Assembly: GCA_032718475.1 (NCBI GenBank)
Contig: JAUCBJ010009094.1
Location: 1 to 59,368 of the forward strand
DNA: 59,368 nucleotides
Source of the DNA: Nemertoderma westbladi
Lineage: Eukaryota; Animalia; Xenacoelomorpha
Direction: 5' to 3'
In this document: positions 1-10,005 of the stretch, in pieces
Numbering within the stretch: the first letter of the stretch is position 1
Layout of the letters: the number at the start of each line of letters is the position of its first letter
The notes under the pieces: generated by a model
Databases searched by the model: none
Seen by the model: only the letters and a program-made list of their open reading frames with translations
What the model was told of the DNA's origin: nothing
Made by a program: the position numbers and the translations under genes

Positions 1-196
1 TATCGGTATTCGAAAGGGAGCTACTGTAAGAATTGAAGAACTTGAATACCAATCAGCCAAGAGGGGTGTTGGTTATTGTAGCGATTCCCCAGTTGTAGTG
101 TTTCGTCAACCCCTCCAGAACTATATACAACCTCTGTTAACCTCGCCAGAGCTTACCGGATATGCAATCTTTTTGCGACATTTAGATTTGCAAGCT
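1..196 (+). other. Orphan coding-like exon (3' part), unknown product; complete copy at 15040-15304
   Basis: Open frame ...IEELEYQSAKRGVGYCSDSPVVVFRQP...HLDLQA ends at a canonical CT|GTAAGT donor; near-identical to the copy at 15109-15304. Confidence 0.4.
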
Positions 197-1157
197 GTAA
201 GTATTTATTTATTACATACTTTTTTTTTACAACAAATGATTGCATCAAGGTGCAAAAGTTAAAATATGTTCATCAAGGTGCAAAAGTTAAAATATGTTAT
301 ATCTTTCAATATTCCCTCTATTGAGGAAACTTTCACAATTCTGTCTACAATTGCTACATTCATTCGTGAAAACCACAATCATGAAAGTTTTCAAAAAATG
401 CTAGGACCATTGTTGTTGAAAGCTACATTTTATTTGGATAACTCACTTTTCAATTTTCATCTAACCCTATTAGCACTGAGCTATAAAATGTTGTACAATT
501 ACCGGGGGGGGAGTCATATTGACCCCCCCCCCCCCCCCCCCCCCCTCTAAAATCTACAAATTTTTACGAAAACGTCTGATTTTTTGTTTGTACGTAAGTA
601 TCACTAGTCTAGATCCGATTGAAAAAAAAATTTCGAAAAAATGTACTGAATTTATTAATCATGGTTATATTCACATAGATTACGAGCACAAACTGTAAAT
701 AGATCAACATAAAATAGGTACTGTGGTGGTACTGTGGTGGTACTGTAGATAATTCAGTGTTGTTACAAGAGATGGAATCAGCACGAATACGAACTTTGGT
801 TTTTTCCAAAAAACATTCGGGAAAAATACACATGCGTGTCAGCTATTATTACTGAATTATTATTATATTATAATATTGCAGCAACAAAATTACAAGTAGT
901 ACACAATTTTCACAAAATTTGAAAGTTACATATTTCGGCTAATTGTTTTTCAATACAGGTTTACTTGGGCGCAAAATACATAAAAAATACAAAAATATTT
1001 AAAAATGATATGATTACTATAAATGGCTGCTTAGTCCTCTCTGCAAATGAAAAAAACAAGTAACCTGCACTTTTCAGTTAGAACACAACATTTTTAATTC
1101 ATTTATACTACGCTATAAATTCACATTTTCAGGTTTTCTAGGGCGCTAATTCTAATG

Positions 1158-2447
1158 AGATTGAAACTAATGGGATTGAAACCAAGTTCAACTAGTTCAT
1201 TGTATTTATATCATGTAACATTTTAACATACCAGCATTTTACTAGCTAATGGCATTGTACTGTAGGCAACTTGATAAATTATAATTCCAGGTCATCTGCG
1301 TACTGAGATTCCTCTGGCAATTGCGACTGCACATATATGTAAATGGAGTCATCATCAACAGTTAATGTCTTTTTGAAGAGATTCATAAGACCCGACGAAT
1401 CAAAAGAAATAACAAATACAGAAATTCTGGACAGATTCGAGGTCCAGAATGCAACAACATCAACACGACTAATGATCGTGCAAAGTGTTCGCACCATTGG
1501 ATTAGAATTGGGTTGGAAGTTCACTGAAAAACCGGAAATAACACTTCGCGGAGGTAGTTACAGGAGTCCTATAAAAGTGTTCAAAGGGCTTCGATTTATA
1601 ACAAAATTAGAACTGGTAAAAAAGGCGAATGTTATTATTATCACAGGGCACTATACAAAGGAGTTTCGTTACTTAAATAAGCTTTTAGAGCATGAAACAA
1701 ATATTCAGGACCTTCTGCACCCCACTAATGCCACACGTATTGCCATGGTTGGATTTTTGCCCATGAGCGCAGTTCCAAAAATTATGTTATGTCCAAAATC
1801 AACAGGACCATTGTGTTCATACGCGGCCACACTCTCCATCTTGGAAGTGGCACCACAAGCGCAACTGCTGCTGAAAACAGGTACAGCTTGCGCCCGGGGA
1901 TTGCCACCTGCGACAATTACAGTTGGAGGAACGAACCAAGGAGTGGCGATGATAGATCAAGTGGAAAATAAAACGCATGTTGCTGAATGTGGATTTCCTT
2001 CGGAAATAGTTTGTGCCTTTTCGGACGAAAATGGTTACCTGGTGCAAGCTCCGATATACAGTAAGGGACACCGTATAACGTTAGAGGACTATGAAACAGG
2101 AAAAGCACGTGGAGAGTTTATCGGAGAGTGGGAATTTAGCGGCATCTATAAGGCTGCAAAGCTGTGTGGCTTCATGGGAGAAATATCCCATGTATCAGGC
2201 ATCACTGAGTTTTTTCCTGTGAATCGTAATCACCATCCAAAAAGGATTCACCCTTCTGTTGTGATGCCCAAAGTGGTGCGGGTCCTCAAAGAACTGTTTG
2301 GATTTATGGAAGAAACACACTGATGTCTCTGGTCTTGGTACAGTATGAGTACCTACTATGCCAACATTATTGTGAATTTCTTTTATCAAAATTAGATAAA
2401 ATCTCTTATCAAATATGATGTTATGTGACCTGGCTTCACACATTTCT

Positions 2448-2478
<31 letters not shown>
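1158..2478 (+). mobile_element. Retroposed mRNA (retrocopy) with poly(A) tail and short TSD
   Basis: Absent from the paralogous site (TCTAATGGAATAC at 16221-16233). Ends in A29 (2450-2478), AATG is duplicated at 1154-1157 and 2477-2480, and it contains one intronless ORF. Confidence 0.8.
1343..2323 (+). CDS. 326 aa protein: putative N-terminal winged-helix-like region plus nucleoside phosphorylase (PNP/UDP-like) domain
   Basis: Intact ATG-to-TGA ORF. LLLKTGTACARG resembles the family motif hhhxGxaGg, and IGEWEFSGIYKAAKLCG...HVSGITE resembles DMExaa...hrxISD. Motif recognition by eye only. Confidence 0.65.
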   Translation: MESSSTVNVFLKRFIRPDESKEITNTEILDRFEVQNATTSTRLMIVQSVRTIGLELGWKFTEKPEITLRGGSYRSPIKVFKGLRFITKLELVKKANVIIITGHYTKEFRYLNKLLEHETNIQDLLHPTNATRIAMVGFLPMSAVPKIMLCPKSTGPLCSYAATLSILEVAPQAQLLLKTGTACARGLPPATITVGGTNQGVAMIDQVENKTHVAECGFPSEIVCAFSDENGYLVQAPIYSKGHRITLEDYETGKARGEFIGEWEFSGIYKAAKLCGFMGEISHVSGITEFFPVNRNHHPKRIHPSVVMPKVVRVLKELFGFMEETH

Positions 2479-2481
<3 letters not shown>

Positions 2482-2509
2482 AATACATTTCTAATATGCC
2501 AGATCATTG

Positions 2510-3080
2510 CTACTTGTATTTTTCGGCGTAACTTGGCAAATTTTGGTGCTAGCACCAAATTTGGTACCCATCACCGAAAAGTACATTCCATCAGAGTCAG
2601 GACCCTCATCTGATCAATTTGCTTATTTTCAAAAATTTGGTGCTGGCACAACAATTTTCACCCACCAGCGAAAAATACAAGATTGGAAACTCTTTATGAA
2701 ATTTTTACTGATTCCATTGAAATCAGAACCATCACAAACCCGCATAACGCAAGAAACAAGGCGACACAATCAATTGATATATTTGATGGTTTTCAAAATT
2801 TGGGGCTAGCACCACATTTTGCACCCACTTCCGAATAATACAAGTTTGAGATATCTTGTTCGATAATTATATATTCCATTGAATTCAGAACAGCTAAAAA
2901 CACCCAAAACGCAAGAAATAAATTGTCACAAGCAATTTTATCTATTGAATGGATTTTTAAAAATTTCGTGCTAGCACCAAAAAATACAAGTTTGATACGC
3001 TAGGTGCAACTCGTATATATTCCATCGAAACCAGAACCCCAAAAGACCCCAATTGCGTAAAATACAAGTTTCAAATAATC
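2510..3080. repeat. Degenerate internal repeats with GTGCTAGCAC palindromes (probable DNA-transposon internal repeat)
   Basis: Recurrent blocks GCTAGCACCA, AAATACAAG and TTCCATTGAAATCAGAAC; perfect palindrome TTTGGTGCTAGCACCAAA at 2542-2559; second copy at ~16257-16827. Confidence 0.5.
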
Positions 3081-3421
3081 AATTGATATATTCATATGTA
3101 AACATGGCCTCAATAAATCATAAAGTGAAAATTGTGCTGATTGGTGGGGAATTAACACGAGGCTATGGGACAAAGAAAAAACCCTGGCCAATGGCTGGTG
3201 ATTTCGTCACTATAGCTCAGTACCAAAATGAACGCTAGAGGGCGTAAGTTTTATAAGTTCTCAAATCACTCGAGACAATGCCAGTTTTAGAGTAGTTCGC
3301 GCATTGCACAAAAAAAACACATTTTTGCCACAAAAGCTTTAATAACTAACCTCCAACGAAGCCGACGTAAACCTTGCCGAGTCACAGCTGTTGGCGCAGC
3401 TCGTTCATATTAATAAGGCTC

Positions 3422-3491
3422 CAACAACCGCCACAGGGGTTAGCGTTGTCTGACGCAACAACCGCCACAGGGGTTAGCGTTGTCTGACGCA
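3422..3491. repeat. 34 bp tandem duplication
   Basis: CAACAACCGCCACAGGGGTTAGCGTTGTCTGACG x2; also present at ~17169-17238. Confidence 0.9.
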
Positions 3492-4085
3492 TACCATTCG
3501 ATACATCCACCATGGGTTATAAAAGTACCACCCAGTACAGTCGAATTGTATACCTCCGGTTCTACAATGAAATATTTTGTCCTGGTTCTGAAGAAGTCAA
3601 TAGAGAGGATGACACTATATTTCGAGCAGAAGATAACGGTCAGGGGTTACTGCTACGTGATAGCCCCTGAGTATAATTACGATACTATAGAAATACTCAC
3701 TCCACTATGGATTCTCGAGGACGCTACGATGGTCGATGATGCAAAGAGATACGCCCCTCTACCAACTGGGCTGATATCTATAAGGACAATGGCGCCATTA
3801 GTCATGGAGGTGCCACATCTACGTGGCACCTCTATATCGTTCGCGGATGCGTGCAGTTGCGGCTTTTGTGATGGCCACTATAAGGCCGCATGCCCGGCCT
3901 GCGAGAAGGCCAGGTCTGCAACTCTAGCAGTGGAGCTGCGGCTTCCCCGCTGTATCTTCCAGGGCATCGACGTCATGCCATATACATTACATCAGTCAAC
4001 CCCGGCCATTCTCTCTACATCAATGTTCTCATGGTTCCCCAGCACCAAGCTATTCCCCACTGTGTCTAATGGCACAGCCATTTAA
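3480..4085 (+). CDS. Hypothetical ORF with a CxCxxC...H...CxxC cluster
   Basis: GC-richer open frame containing CSCGFCDGHYKAACPACEK; non-ATG start; the 5' frame differs from the paralogue at 17259-17801 by a 31 bp indel. Confidence 0.3.
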   Translation: MSDAYHSIHPPWVIKVPPSTVELYTSGSTMKYFVLVLKKSIERMTLYFEQKITVRGYCYVIAPEYNYDTIEILTPLWILEDATMVDDAKRYAPLPTGLISIRTMAPLVMEVPHLRGTSISFADACSCGFCDGHYKAACPACEKARSATLAVELRLPRCIFQGIDVMPYTLHQSTPAILSTSMFSWFPSTKLFPTVSNGTAI

Positions 4086-4089
4086 ATTT

Positions 4090-4172
4090 CATTTAAAATA
4101 GATAAAGTAATTCCTCTCTTTAAAAAAGATGACCCAGCTGACCCGAAAAATTATTGCCCAATATCTCTCATA
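4090..4172 (+). mobile_element. Short decayed LINE reverse-transcriptase fragment
   Basis: Translates FKIDKVIPLFKKDDPADPKNYCPISLI, the KVIPxxKK...NYRPISL motif; copy at ~17806-17888. Confidence 0.7.
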
Positions 4173-4940
4173 GTGCGGACGGCTAAAAAAAAGTGGAAAA
4201 AAGTGGAAATAGGCAGCTAAATACAAATAAGTAAAGTTCTACCATATAATGCATATTTATAGGAAATATTGTTGTTGCATCAGAAAGAGCATCATTTCCT
4301 AAAACCAAAGATATTAAATGTTTAGAATAAGAATAATTCAAAAAGTGCACCACTTCAATGCCAGTGCCAAAGTTCTATGAATATGCTTTGCAAAGATAAT
4401 TTTTCAAAACAGTCTGATATTTAATATGTAAATAACAGTGCACCTAATTGTATGCATGCCAAGCCAACTCATATGTAGTCAATGTCTATCACAAACAAAA
4501 TAATAAATAATTTTAAGTTAGGCAAATTACATTTTCAACGTATTTTTTTTAGCTACCAAAAAAAATTAGGGGGTAGGGTAAAAAAAATAAGCCTCAAATT
4601 TGAATTTCATTCACATATCAATCAGTCAGTACAGCAGTACAATGAGAATACTGAAGTAATCACTCATTCTGGCAGAGCCTTATAGACATTCAATAAACAG
4701 TACTGTATCTAACTATGGCAGTAAGGGGCAATGGACAGAAATCAGTATCAGCCAGTCAGTGATCTTCAATGGTATATGGTATATATAACTTGGTCAGTTG
4801 GTACCGTAAGTAGATGGTCGAATCTTTTTTGATTTTATTTATTGGACCTTCATAAAATAATACTGTTAAAACATTTCTACCAGTACTTGAAATTGAATAG
4901 GTCTACAGAAATGGGCCTATCCCATTTATATAAGAGAAAT

Positions 4941-5157
4941 CCAACACGCCCTACTGCACTCCATTAGATATATTCTCGCGTCCTGAGCCCAGCCAACTCG
5001 CCCTACTGCGCTCTAATAGATCTATTCTAGCATCCAGAGCCGGTCCAACATACCCTCCTGTGCTCCATTAGATCTTTTCTCGCATCCTGAGGCCAGCCAA
5101 CACGCCCTACTGTGCTCAATTAGACATATTCTGGCCTCCTGAGCCGAGCCTATACAC
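4941..5157. repeat. 52 bp minisatellite, ~4 diverged units
   Basis: CCAACACGCCCTACTG...CCTGAGCCCAG repeated; copies at 10566-10782 and 18642-18858. Confidence 0.85.
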
Positions 5158-6469
5158 CATAAATTGTTCCCGAATGGGACAAAAAATAGCATAATAAGGT
5201 TTATTTCAGCTATACTATATATATTACTATATATATACTATATTGCATTCGTCCTACCTACATCAATAGTCAAACAGTATTTGGTTCAATTTTACTATAT
5301 TACTTTGCAGCAGAAATACGTTCCCATATAGTGTTCCCAAAGGGGACAATAGCTGGTCGTTTTTTATAGGTACACCTTTTTTTACAACAAATGATTGCCT
5401 CAAGGTGCAAAAGTTAAAATATGTTATATCTTTCAATATTCCCTCTATTGAGGAAACTCTATTGAGGACTCTGAACTTATCACTACCTCCTGGATATGTT
5501 GTGACATGGCCTAATACTGTAATAAACAGTCCCGAAATGCCAATAGGTGTGCGATATGCAGAAAACAGTTTCATGGCTTGAGTACGTGTAATAATTGGAC
5601 TGGGTTCTGATCACGACCGGATCGGATCCGGATTCGACCAGTGTTACCGACCTCTGTGCGACAGGATCTGCCGGGGTACTTAATACTACTAGGTGCAATT
5701 TTTGTAGTACTTTTGTTTAGGGGGAAATAGGGTGGTTAGAACAGAGTCGGATTGTGCAGTATTGTTGCATATAGTTATGGACTTATCTAGACTAACTATT
5801 CTGGAATGAACTCTTCCAGTAATTCCCTTTCTTTTACTCTAAAATAAAAAAAAAATAAACTATATCATATCTGGACTCTACTTTTATAAACTGTAAAGTT
5901 ATATAGCAATTGAAGAAGCCATATCCCAGTAAATACCAGTAATAACTATAATAATTATATTTGTAAGACAAATACTGGCTACTAGATGTGATATGGGGCA
6001 TGATAATTTTAGTACCATTTAAAGACATGGTGACACTAAGCAGTCTGAGTCCACATTAGATAAGTTTTTACTTGATCAGTTTAATTTACTTTCCTTTTTT
6101 TATAGTAGTATTCTATGTAAATACTATATATGTACTTTCCTTTTTATATTATCAATTATTTATTATCTATCAGTGTTTTAAATCTCTTTTAGTTTTAGGT
6201 ATATATATAACATTACAACATTAACTAAACCAAGCTGTTGATTGACTTGCACTTTTTATAATCAGGATTGACTTTCCATTATTTTTACAAAATTCCGAAG
6301 AACATTATCTGGACCATCACTAGACATTGCTTTCTTATATTAATAAGTACATACAATGCCCTGATATGCCTCAGATATCAAAGGTTTAATACTGGTAGGC
6401 CTACTGGTACCAGTACTAGTACTTAACGGATAAACCTACCACCCAAACCGCCTAACAAATACCATTTTG

Positions 6470-6550
6470 TTTTAGCCAATCAGAACAGTATTGCTCAAAT
6501 CAACCAATCAAAACTAAGTTCTGGAATTCAAAATATTATATATAAATAGA
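6470..6550 (+). promoter_or_regulatory. Putative Pol II promoter of BAF-like gene (two CCAAT boxes plus TATA)
   Basis: AGCCAATCAG, AACCAATCA and TATATAAATA lie ~120-190 bp upstream of the BAF-like ATG; the same block precedes 12288, 20352 and (minus strand) 57021. Confidence 0.55.
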
Positions 6551-6666
6551 ACTGCACATCAATCTGTCAATTAGGAGAAAAATTATTTACAAATCGGACA
6601 TATACTGTATAATAATCGGTAATATTTGATCTTATCTATTCATCTTTGAACTAATACGAACTAATA

Positions 6667-6965
6667 ATGTACAAGAAAGGTAAATCATCAAAGGTCCATC
6701 GATGTTCCCGGGATTGGTGAAGTATTCTCCAGGCGGCTGGGAAGAAAGGGAATTTAATACGCGAATCAGCTGTTAAAACGCTTCAATGACCTCAATGGGG
6801 GTAAAGAAGGGTTCTATCGTTATCTACATGATATTTGTGGGCCCCAAATGCATCGAACTCGGTATCATGTAATATTGCAATGGGTGAAGGAACATAGAGA
6901 CATCGGGACAACAAAGAAACGTGAAAGTGATAGTCTGCAAGTCGGGGTCAGTAGTGAAACAACAA
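6667..6965 (+). pseudogene. BAF-like pseudogene, mosaic of the A and B paralogues
   Basis: Homologous to 12288-12584 but with a +1 insertion near 6696 and an AAA>TAA change; the middle tract matches BAF-B sequence. Confidence 0.75.
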
Positions 6966-7104
6966 GTCACAATCGCTGGATGCGAAGGCTATCTTAACCA
7001 TTCTTCTAATCAACCCCCAAGAGATAGAAAGGAAAGCGAAACCATCTGCGGTCAGAGAAAATTTAGTGTGTACACTCAATAGCGATACTATACCAGTTGT
7101 TTCT

Positions 7105-7560
7105 GCTTTGGCTGATGACAATGGGGCGTATACCGTTGAATTTAACTCTGTGGAGCTTTTTGAATTTTATGAGCATTTTGGCATATATGTAGATTCTACT
7201 GCAGGGTATTCCCCCTTTTCTAATGGTATTTGTGAACGAAGCAATGCAACCCTTAAGTCAATTTTGACCATGGTAAGAATCGACAATTTTAGTTGATCAA
7301 TAAATGTGATTCTCAACTATTCACTTTTAGCAAAGAATACACTAGTTGACTCAATGGAATTCTCACCCTTCCAACGTTTTTTTGGAAGTAATCCTAGATT
7401 GCCTGTTGTAACCTCAGAGTCACTTCCAATCATTAATGATACCGATAACTTTGACAGAGTTCAGCATCATTTAAACTTGCTTCATGATACTAGAAAGGCA
7501 TGCATCATGGCTGAGTCAGATAACAGGATAAGCCGAGCATTAAAACAGAGTTTATTCTAG
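7105..7560 (+). mobile_element. Decayed LTR-retrotransposon integrase fragment
   Basis: DDNG...EF...STAGYSPFSNGICERSN...KN...SPFQRFFG matches the rve DDE core; internal stop at 7294-7296. Confidence 0.75.
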
Positions 7561-7599
7561 TAAAGGCCCAATACCGTTATGTCCCCATCACCAGAATTA

Positions 7600-7815
7600 A
7601 TAACTAACATTAACATACTAATTAATTAACATATACCCAGTACTGGTACCGAAATTGTATTAAACTTTTCGAAAAATTGCCTATAACAACGCCAAATCCC
7701 AGTGCAATCCCTCCACGTTTTGGGGGAGTTCAAGCACAACAGACTGACAGAGAGACTTACAGATATACAGACAGATAGACAGAGAGAGACAATTTGATTT
7801 TTATAGCTATAGATA
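7600..7815 (+). mobile_element. Non-autonomous Helitron/Helentron-like repeat (3' part)
   Basis: TTAAACTTTTCGAAAA...GCCTATAAC...CGTTTTGG..GAGTTC shared with 48257-48542; (GACA)-type microsatellite and a ...TATAG..ATAGAT end. Confidence 0.45.
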
Positions 7816-8300
7816 TAAAAGGGCAAGCAAGATCTTTTTATATTGTATATTCTTATATATATATATGGTGGTAATTTTTCTCAAGTTTTACAATATTATA
7901 CCCATATTATTATCCCAACGTTTTAGTACAATATAATTTATGTTAGGGATATATTTCTCTGTGATATCCTTGACGTTTAGCCCATTACCTATAATTAACA
8001 TATCTGGCTACCGTGGGTTCAAGTTAACCCGGTTTCATCTATGCGCCTTGCATCCTTAAACGATCGCTAAAAGAGTGAGTTTCTTCTAGGCAGAATACAG
8101 TAGTTCTGGGGGAATCGCACTGGAAATAAGTGATTCTTTGTGCGTATTCCCTGAAATAATGTCCAAAGATAACTTTACTTTTTTTTAGTTAACTTTTGCA
8201 TCAATGTACATGGAGCATAGGGATATCGTGCTAGAAAATGAGATGAAAGAAAACGAAAAGAAGCAACGTCGGTTTATTAATTATTATTTTATCTTACAAA

Positions 8301-8373
8301 GAGGGGTTACGAAGACTTCCAGCGTTTTCTACATAATATTTGTGGGTCCCAAATGACTCAAACTCGGTTTGAC
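8301..8373 (+). pseudogene. Isolated internal fragment of a BAF-B-like sequence
   Basis: GGGGTTACGAAGACTTCCAGCGTTTTCTAC...CAAATGACTCAAACTCGGTTTGA matches ~23608-23678. Confidence 0.7.
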
Positions 8374-9779
8374 TCGGTTATAACCGGCATACATGTAAAG
8401 CTTTTCAATTTCAACAAGGTTTGACAGTGCAGCAGTGACATTGGCAGAGTCCAAGAGTGGTGTGGTTCTGGGCCCGTCTGCTAAGTAAGGCGTTCGGCGC
8501 ACAATTTTTTCCAGAATTTGGAGCAGGCGCAGAAAATTGAGAGCACGGCGCCGCACAGGCGCAGGCGCAGAAAATTCAGAGCAGCAGAGCGCGGCGCCGC
8601 ACGGTGCAAGCGCCGGCGCAGAAAATTAATAGCGCGGCGCAGACTTCTCGAACAACTGAATTGGCAGATTGGTGCGAGATAGAGATACTCGCAAGCAGAT
8701 TCAGATACAGGCTGTCTGTTGCTGTCAGTCAGTACCGGTATGCGGTACCAGACTGCCAGACTGAGACTACCAGAGCTGCAGATTTACCCCCTATTCTGAT
8801 GTCTGTTAGGCTATTTGAATAATTAGTTGACGTTTAGCCCATTACCTATAATTAATATATCTGGCTACCGTGGGTTCAAGTTAACCCGGTTTCATCTATG
8901 CGCCTTGCATCCTTAAATGATCGCTAAAAGAGTAAGTTTCTTCTAGGCAGACCTAAAGCACACGGATACCGTGCTAGAAAATTCCCTGAAAGAATACCAT
9001 AAGAAGCAACATCGGTTTCGATATTATAAACACCAGGAAATCATCTTCGAAAACAAGAAGAAACATCGACGGTAACTCGCAAAATTCGATAATCGCCAAC
9101 TTCCTGCTGCCTGTAGAGGTGGATTTGGACTCGCTAGGTCTAAAGGACAAGGAGGTATTCCCTGAAATAATGTACAAAGATAACTTTACTTTTTTTTAGT
9201 TAACTTTTGCGTCTCGGTACATGGAGCACATGGATTTCGTTAAATTGGATGAGTTAAATAGGAATATCATAGGGATATCGTGAATAGGGATGAGATGAAA
9301 GGGATATCGTGATAGAAAATGCGAAGAAAGAAGAAACAAAGAAATGTCGACGGATTCTGTACAATAATTAACCCTGTAAACTGATTTTTTCCTGCCTCAG
9401 CTATTTTATATTGAAATGTGGCAAAAACATCCAAGTAACAGACAAAAATGAGCTAATTGGCTATACTCTGTAATCTCTAACAATGAAAGGGGAAATCTAA
9501 CCACTGTGAAATAAGGGCAAATAACTATTGTATAGTGATGGACAAATAAGGCCGGTGAAAGTTCCCACATACATTGCTTGTCATTGCCGATACAAATGCA
9601 ATGATAAATTAACCAAAGATGATCAACTTTGAATATTTTCGGAATTTAGAGCATTAGATAAACAAAGGCAATCTAATAGGCAAAGGCCTATTTATAAAGG
9701 CAAAGGCAAGGATCATACCTCCCCCCAAGTCTAATAGTTCCCCCAAGAAACCATATACGGATAACCATAAGATGGGCAC

Positions 9780-9905
9780 AACTTGTCGACATGCTTCTTG
9801 TGTCTTAGACTGGGACATGTGAGACGTAAGTGCCAACTAATAGACACGAAAACGTGTCCGGCGTGTCAAGGCTCCCATTACCCCTTGCTACACCTAGACA
9901 CCGGA
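9780..9905 (+). mobile_element. BEL/Pao-type gag zinc-knuckle fragment, cut by gap
   Basis: CFLCLRLGHVRRKC...CPACQGSHYPLLH matches the CX2CX4HX4C plus CX2CX3HXXLLH pattern of BEL/Pao Gag. Confidence 0.7.
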
Positions 9906-10005
9906 NNNNNNNNNNNNNNNNNNNNNNNNNNNNNNNNNNNNNNNNNNNNNNNNNNNNNNNNNNNNNNNNNNNNNNNNNNNNNNNNNNNNNNNNNNNNNNN
10001 NNNNN
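9906..10005. other. Assembly gap (100 N)
   Basis: Run of N. Confidence 1.

Larger units (their letters stand above)
1..6965 (+). repeat. Segmental duplication copy A of the BAF-containing unit
   Basis: Near-identical to 15109-20492 apart from the 1158-2478 insertion and small indels; also matches 10006-12584 from position ~4376 onward. Confidence 0.9.

Noticed and set aside
504-546. G-run/GTCA-TAT-TGAC/C-run hairpin resembling the array junction
   Set aside because: Different core with no shared flanks; looks like a common DNA-transposon subterminal motif, so the similarity is probably coincidental.
5263-6028. Repeated minus-strand ORFs of 64-103 aa
   Set aside because: They recur only because of the segmental duplication; AT-rich, no motifs, one lost in copy C.
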